In this document: positions 1-7,300 of the stretch, piece by piece
Layout: every line of letters begins with the position of its first letter
Position numbering within the stretch: position 1 is the first letter of the stretch
IMG/VR virus record: IMGVR_UViG_3300030376_001735
Span: 1 to 26,953 of that record
Source: a virus
Taxonomy: Duplodnaviria > Caudoviricetes
Strand: one strand, 5' to 3'
DNA length: 26,953 nucleotides
Made by a program: the position numbers and the translations under genes
The notes under the pieces: generated by a model
The model's input: only the letters and a program-made list of their open reading frames with translations
Database searches by the model: none
Told to the model about the DNA's origin: nothing

Positions 1-90
1 TATACCTGCTATAGATATAATACCTATGATTATACCTATTAATGTTTTTATGTCAAGTTTTACCTGTGACTTTTCTGACAACTCTTCCAT
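1..90 (-). CDS. Small membrane protein, N-terminal 30 aa only (runs off the window); holin/spanin-like role possible
   Basis: Not in the ORF track. ATG at 90..88 overlaps the upstream TAA (TAATG coupling). Translates MEELSEKSQVKLDIKTLIGIIIGIISIAGI, a short charged N-terminus followed by a hydrophobic TM-like stretch. Confidence 0.7.
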   Translation of the reverse strand, partial: MEELSEKSQVKLDIKTLIGIIIGIISIAGI

Positions 91-1268
91 TATCTAAACG
101 TGTAATTAATTCCAAAATTGGAGTTAAACATCTCTGAGTCCCAGAACTTAGTGTATTCTCCTTCAATAAACAAACCAAATGACTTGCTAATTTTAACACC
201 AAATACTAAACCTGCTTGGTAATCACTCCACTGCTCTCCTTCAAGCAAGTCATTGTGACCACCCTTACCCCAGCTATTTCTATGTAAATAACTAAAGTCC
301 TCATTACCTTTTATATATTTATGATAAGGTAATATCCAGCTACCATAGGCATGAAGCCAAAAGTTAGCTTTGTAATGATAGAAGTCAAAACCGACGACCG
401 GAGCAATCTCAGCAAAAGGATCTAACTCAGCCCAAGCCTCTTGATTGTATCTATTTAATAGACTAGGCATTATTCTATCTCTAAAATCAGCATCAGTATA
501 AGCTACAATATCTCCTTGTGCATTAACCCAATACCAATCATATGTTTCATTTCCATATTCATCGTTTTGTGAATAATATATATCATCGTAGCCATATTCA
601 AAACCTAGAGTATACCATGGGTTTACAGCATTACCATCTTCATCTTGTTCATTTAACCATATCTCTACAGGATTATAACCATAAGGACGTTCATGTGTTC
701 TATATATTGCGCCTGCAGATATACTAAACTTCTTACCAATAGGTAACCTGGCTCTTATTTCACCAGATAAATATTTAAAATCAATTTTACCTGTTTCTCT
801 AGCTTCAAATTTAGCTATATGATAGTCACCAGTATGTCTTACAAATAATCTTTTATTTGTAAACTCACTGCCGTTGTGTCTTTCTTTTTCCCAATGCAAT
901 AGGTATTCTAAACCATCTACTGCTGAAGTAGGCGCGGATAAACCTATTTGTTTTTCTACTTGTTGGTTACCTGTCCAGAAAGTTCCTGGTTTTGTTTCAT
1001 AATCAAACCTAGCTAACTTACGTATACCTAAACCATATCTATAGTTAAATGGGTGATAATTAGCTCTATCTTCTACTTGTGGTATACCGTAAAAATCGTC
1101 TGGGTTAGTACGTATAAAGTAGTTCGGTTGTACAGCTTGAGCGTTTTCTATATTACCAGCTGCATAGAACGTACCGTACTTTAAAAAGTCTTTGTATAAT
1201 TCTTCAATAAATTGGGAGTGAGCATTGCTAGATATTAGCAGTGCTAAGATTATTATTAGTTTTTTCAT
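90..1268 (-). CDS. Secreted, putative outer-membrane beta-barrel protein (392 aa)
   Basis: Sec signal peptide MKKLIIILALLISSNAHS|Q. Aromatic-rich with alternating-hydrophobic strands (KKFSISAGAIYR, VVGFDFYHY, GLVFGVKISKSFGLFIEGEY) and a C-terminal beta-signal-like NFGINYTFR. Confidence 0.7.
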   Translation of the reverse strand: MKKLIIILALLISSNAHSQFIEELYKDFLKYGTFYAAGNIENAQAVQPNYFIRTNPDDFYGIPQVEDRANYHPFNYRYGLGIRKLARFDYETKPGTFWTGNQQVEKQIGLSAPTSAVDGLEYLLHWEKERHNGSEFTNKRLFVRHTGDYHIAKFEARETGKIDFKYLSGEIRARLPIGKKFSISAGAIYRTHERPYGYNPVEIWLNEQDEDGNAVNPWYTLGFEYGYDDIYYSQNDEYGNETYDWYWVNAQGDIVAYTDADFRDRIMPSLLNRYNQEAWAELDPFAEIAPVVGFDFYHYKANFWLHAYGSWILPYHKYIKGNEDFSYLHRNSWGKGGHNDLLEGEQWSDYQAGLVFGVKISKSFGLFIEGEYTKFWDSEMFNSNFGINYTFR

Positions 1269-1288
1269 AGTAAAGTCGGTTTATCTTT

Positions 1289-1298
1289 TTATTATTAC
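1289..1298 (-). promoter_or_regulatory. Candidate phage promoter motif GTAATAATAA upstream of the OMP-like gene
   Basis: Identical 10-mer also lies in the intergenic gap at 11518..11527, in the same orientation. Confidence 0.35.
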
Positions 1299-1304
1299 TT
1301 GTTT

Positions 1305-4300
1305 TTACTTTCTTTTAATTTTTCTATTTGAATTTCTACTACCTCTTTGTTTGTTCTTTTTTTCAATAGCTTTTAGTTCGTCATACACTAGTTCTATAAA
1401 ATCATTCTCTTCATTTTTAGCATTAACATCCCAAGTTCTCCAACCCAATAATAATGCTATTCTTTGATAAGCACTATTTCTACTATCTAAAGCTTCAGAT
1501 ATAGAATTTAATTCTACAATAACCCTGTCTAAAGGAAGGTTAAATGCAGCAGAAACAAAACTACCTAATATTTCATAGCTTGGTGATATATTTAATCTAC
1601 CATCAGCGATTATATCCATTCCTCTTTCGTTAATAAGCTCTTTATTATATTTTTTAGTTAAATGAGCACCATATAACTTTCTAGCTTTAGAACCAATTGG
1701 TGGAGATATATTAGCTAATTCAATTAACGTTTGAGTGTGATCAGCTCTAAATCCTTTAGCTTCTTCTTTATAGTATTTATTTATTGTATTTTTCAATGTT
1801 GATATGACAGCACCGGTTAAGCCAGATCCTCTTAATATAGTATCAACCATACTATTAACTATTCTTTCTGTTTTAGTGTTAATTATTTTTTGTCTTTTTT
1901 CGTCATCGTCTTCTGGATCGAATTCTGGTAGTAAAGCAAATAAAGCGTTTTGTAACGATGCAAATATTAAGTTTTGTACAAAACCGTAATACATTATTTT
2001 ACTAACGTTTGTTTTCCAATCACCTCTACCGTTAACTAAATCTTGACCAGCTTTTTTCATTAACCTAACATACTGCATTGGAGTGTTTTGGAAAGCTAAT
2101 ATTAATCTACCTAAATGACTTGCTTGTTGAGATGATATTAACATAGGGTCACCAGATTGCTGTGTTTCGTCTGATATTTTAACAAAGTCCTCAAAAGCTT
2201 TTGCGTCAGCATCTTGTTGCGACATACCTTGTTTTAAATATGTTTTAGTTCTATTCATTAAAAACGTAGCACCACCAGTAGCAATAGCCATACTATCTGC
2301 TATTTGTGTAGGTGTAAAACCTATTTTTAATAAATAAGATATAATTGCAGAAGCTTTATCTTTAGAGTTTTTAGCGGCATTAGCAATCTCTTGTTCTTGA
2401 ACATCAGATCTTAAACCACCTCTTCTCTGTTTTAGTTTGTCAGAATTAAATATTCTTACCCACGTCTTCCAGTAGTTTTTCTGATCAGCAAAAGCGGCTG
2501 CTGCTTTTAATGGGTTGTTATCAGACCAGTTAACAAAGTTTGTAAACGAAAGCATTTGTAGCAATGCTGAACGTCTGTTGAAGAACATTATTGTACCGAC
2601 AGAGTTGTTTACCCACTGCATCCATCTTCCTTCTATATCACCCATTTTCCCTGGTCTATTACTACCAGACTTCATTCTACTTATTATATTTTCTAAAGCT
2701 TTTCTATAAGAAGTTCCATATAAAGCCTCTAGTTTATTTAAGTTTTGTTCGCTAAATATCTCATCTACATTTGATATAAACTCAGCTAGATATTCTTTTC
2801 TACTAACCTTTTGATCTAATTCGTTTAAATCTTTTAATATACTACCCACATCCCAATACTCTTCTGGTTCAGCCCATTTTTGTTTTTTAGTTATCACCTG
2901 AAGTGTGTTAGCAAAGTTTTTATAATCTTGATTTTGATTAACAACATTAATTAATGTTTGTTGATCTCGTTTAGATATACCAGGTACTTCAAACCCTGAT
3001 TTGTTATATAAGTATACTCTTATAGCTTGGTCAAGTGTAAAACCTGTGTCTCCTATTTCTTTATCTAAATTCTTTTTTATTTCTGGGTTTGCTTTTAATA
3101 ATGCTCTGTAATCATTTTTCATAGCTTGTCTAGCAGCTTCTATAGCACCAATACCTCTAACATAAGGTGTAACAAGATTATCTTCAAACCATTGTTGATC
3201 TTGATCACCCTGCTTGCCTTTACCAGCTAAAACATATTGAGTTAAACCTCTAAAATCATCAGCACCATGAGCGAAAAATTTAAACTTACCTTTACTAGCA
3301 CCTTTTTTTCTGGCAACAATTTTTGAATAAGTAGTATCAGCTCTAACACCAGTGTTACGCTCTATCATTTCATTTAACTCACGACTAACACTTCTTTTTC
3401 TATCTGATCTAGCTTGTTGAACTTTACCTTTAACATCAAAAACATTTAAAACATTTTGAACAGCTTGAACATTTTTATAAGCATCATCAACGAAATAAAA
3501 ATCATTAAAACCTTGAGCAACTTTATTTATTATCCAAGCGGCTTTAGCAGCAGGTGTACCATTTTCTAAACCAGTTATATTTTCTATAGGTATATCTATA
3601 CCTATACCTTTTAAAAACTCTTGTATTGCTTTAGCTGAAGCTTGAGGTCTAGCTGTTAGCACAAATATATTTTCATTACCAAACTTATCAATAGCTTTTT
3701 TAATTCTAGGAGCTAATGGTCCCGGTCTTCCTTTTACAACTTGATTAAATTCATTAAAATCAAATGTAGCACCTTGCGATTTTAGCTTTTCATCTTGAGC
3801 AGCAAACTGAGCTGGTGTTATTTTTTTAACCTTACCATTAGGCATTGTGACTATTATTTTACTAGCACTAAAAGCAAGCGTATCATCAAAGTCGTAAACG
3901 CTTATACCTTTTGGTTCTACACTCACAGATCTACTTCTTTCTACTAAATTTTGATTAGTTAATACTTGAGCAAATTCTTCTATTTTTATATCAATAGCTC
4001 TTTGAGCTCTACTTAAAGCTTGTGTTTCTCCAGTTACAGCGTAAAAACTTTTTATTTTGTTTTCAGGTATTGCGTAAACTCTTAGATCACCTAACGAACT
4101 TGTTCTACCATGTACGTCATCTTGTATTTGTGATAACACTTCTGTTCCTATTGACTGACTAAAGTCTGAAACTATATTCATTAAATCTTTTTCTGTTGCT
4201 AAACTAATTAAATCGGAACCAGGATATTCAAGCATGGTATTTATAGTACCTAACTGATACACAGCTATTTTACCAAACGTGTTTGAAGATGGATTCTTGT

Positions 4301-7300
4301 GTTCACCTTTAGCTCTTAATCTTTCTCTAAATTTTTGCTCTATAGACTTATCTAATTGTTTTTGTATTTTATCTTTTTTATCTTGAGATAGTTTGGGATT
4401 TTTTAACTCCTGTATTCTGTTAGCGTCTCTCTGATCAATATACGCTTTGGCTTCTTTGTATTCTGGGTGATTAAAGTTTATGTTGATTTCATTATTGTCG
4501 TATCTAGCTCTTTCTTTAGCTGTTATACTATTATAACCTTTACCATCTAAACCTACAAAAGGAGCTTGATTTTCTGCGTATATTTGAACTTCCTCTATCT
4601 TTGTCAAGCCTCTCAATGCTTTACCTATATTACCATTTGCTTGTAACCATGTTAGATAACCTGGTATCAGTTTTGGATTAGCAGCAACAATTGACTGTGC
4701 TTTTTCTAATATATAAACTAACGCTGCTAAGTTATTTGCGTTAATTGTTTTTATATCTTCACCAAAAGCTTCTTCAAAAGCTTTTTCAGCTGCTTTTTTA
4801 CTTTCAAACTTTTGGTTTAATATTTTGTTTTGTATTTTTAAAACAAAACCACTACCAGCTTGTATTATTTTAACACCAGTAAAAGGAACACCACCTTTTT
4901 TAGCTTTACCTATTTTGTTAAATATTCTAAGGCCATCTGGTTGGTTAGGATCTATAACTCTATCATGTATACCTAATAAAGCTCTTTGTTCTGTTTTACC
5001 AAAAGCATTAAAAAACTCACTAGGCAAAATACTTACTAGCTTAGAAGAGAAAGGTACTATTGCTTTTTTCTTTTCGTCAGGGCTCATGTTTAAAAACTTA
5101 TCTAAGTATGGTTTTACTTTAGCACCAGCTTTTGTTTTAGAATATTCTTTCAAGGGGTTTATAAAACCAGTTATAGATTCTGTTTCAAAAGCTTCTTTTA
5201 AATATAGATCTTTTATAAACTCATAACCTTTAGGTAAATTATTAAGATGGTTATCTAGTTCAGTAAAGCTACCTTGCGCACCTAATATTACAGCGGCTTC
5301 ATAGTATTGGATTGCAGCTCCACGAGATATAGATCTTTTAACACCACCTCTTTCAGCTTGCTCCATGAACTGATTAATCTTATCTACAGCGTTAACAACA
5401 CCTTTTGCTAGTTGATTTTTATTAAACTCTTGAGCTAGTGATCCATTAGGATTATTTACTATCTCATCTATCATAAGTTCTAAACCAATTTCTTGAGCCA
5501 TGTGTTTTGCTAATGCTTCTTTTCTTCCTCGTATTAACTTACCCTTAGCATCGTAAAATTGAGATAAATAAACATTGTCATCTAGTTCAATAGCATTATC
5601 AGCTCTAAAAACTAAATCATGCCCAGATGTTCTACCAGCATTATCAGTACCCATTTTTTCTCTAGCTATCTCTTGACCAACCCACTCAGGGTATGGCACT
5701 CTAACTTCATCACCGTTTTCTAGCTTAATTGTTTTTTCAATAACCTGAGGTATACCACCATTAACATCACCATTTTTTTGCGTCTTACCTTGTAGCCATG
5801 TTGTGGTTGAATTAGTTAATACATCTTGTTTTAAGTTAAGTAGGTTTTCTCTTAATTGACCTCTTGTTCCTAAGAAATTAATCATTGCGTCGTAAACCAA
5901 TGATTCACCAAGATTCTTTTTAAGCTCTTTTATTATAGGTGAGTTCTTAGCGTTTATAGATTTTACATTACTCAATGCTGTGTCTAAGTCTCTTATTATA
6001 GGTAGTAATAAAGTTTTAACTTTTTTCTTTTCATCGGCTGTAAGCTTTTGACCCATTTTTATTTTTGATGCTATTTTTGTAGCTGCTTCAGCTTCTTGCT
6101 TGGCTATCATTAATTCTTCTGGGTTTAAAGAAGTATCTTGTATATCTTGAGTTGTTTGAGTACCTTCTCTATCTACATCTATAGACTTTGTTTTAACTTG
6201 TCTTTTTAATCTGTTAGTTACATTACCAGTTTTAAATCCTATATAGGAATTTAAATATCCAAACAAACCTGTACCTATTGTAGGATCATAATTATTTAAA
6301 TGTTTTACTAATTCAAATCTAGCATCTTCAATAACTTGTTGTCTAGACTGACCATATATATTACTACCTTGTTCTAACTTAGCCCCAATCAAACCATCAA
6401 AAGCTCCCGTATCTATCAAAGCTTTAGCTGTCATATGTGCTTTACTACCTATAAATTCTTCTTTAGGATTAACAAGAGCATCTAGTTTTTCTTGATTAAT
6501 TTTCTCATTCATATTTATAGACTTCTTTCTACCTGATTCATCATCTGGTGTAAAGCTGTCTAACATCCTTTGCTCTTGATTACTTAACTTACCTTTTTCT
6601 ATATTCTCTTTATAGTTTAGCATAAAGTCATAAACTTGACGGCCAGTTTCAAACTCATATTTTTTTAAACCAAACTTTTGTTTAACTACATTTATAAGGG
6701 TTCTACCCATTCTTAAGAAACCGTTGTCGCCTAATTCTTGATAAGTAATTTCATTTTTAAATAAAGCATCGGAAAACATAGTTAACCACTCGTCTTGATC
6801 TTTTCCGCCTTCATCTATTTTAGCACCTATTAATCTATATTTTTTAGCTCTTCCTTCTAACTTACTTAAAACACCTTTTTCTTTTAATATGTTTTTAAAC
6901 TCAGTAACAACTTTACCTATATTTGGATTTTTCTTAAATTCAGATTTTATTATTTTATGTAGTAACTCATGACTAGCAACTGATACAGCTTGATTTTCAA
7001 CAGCGGCTTCCATGTTTATATATATTTTACCATCTTGTTCTAACCAACCATCTGTAAACATTTCTTCTGAAAAACCTGCTTTTATTAATTGATCTAAATT
7101 TTTTAATTGTATAGTTTCTACACCAAAAGTGTCTTTAAACATTTTAACGTCACTTTGTATTGCTTGTTCTGCAGCGGACTCAACTAGTTCTTGTAGTTTT
7201 ATTTTTTTAGAATCTATTTGTGCATTTATTCTATCATGATGACTTTCATCGTATTTTTTTAGATCAGCTTCTAACTTTCTAATATCCTGCTGTATTACCG

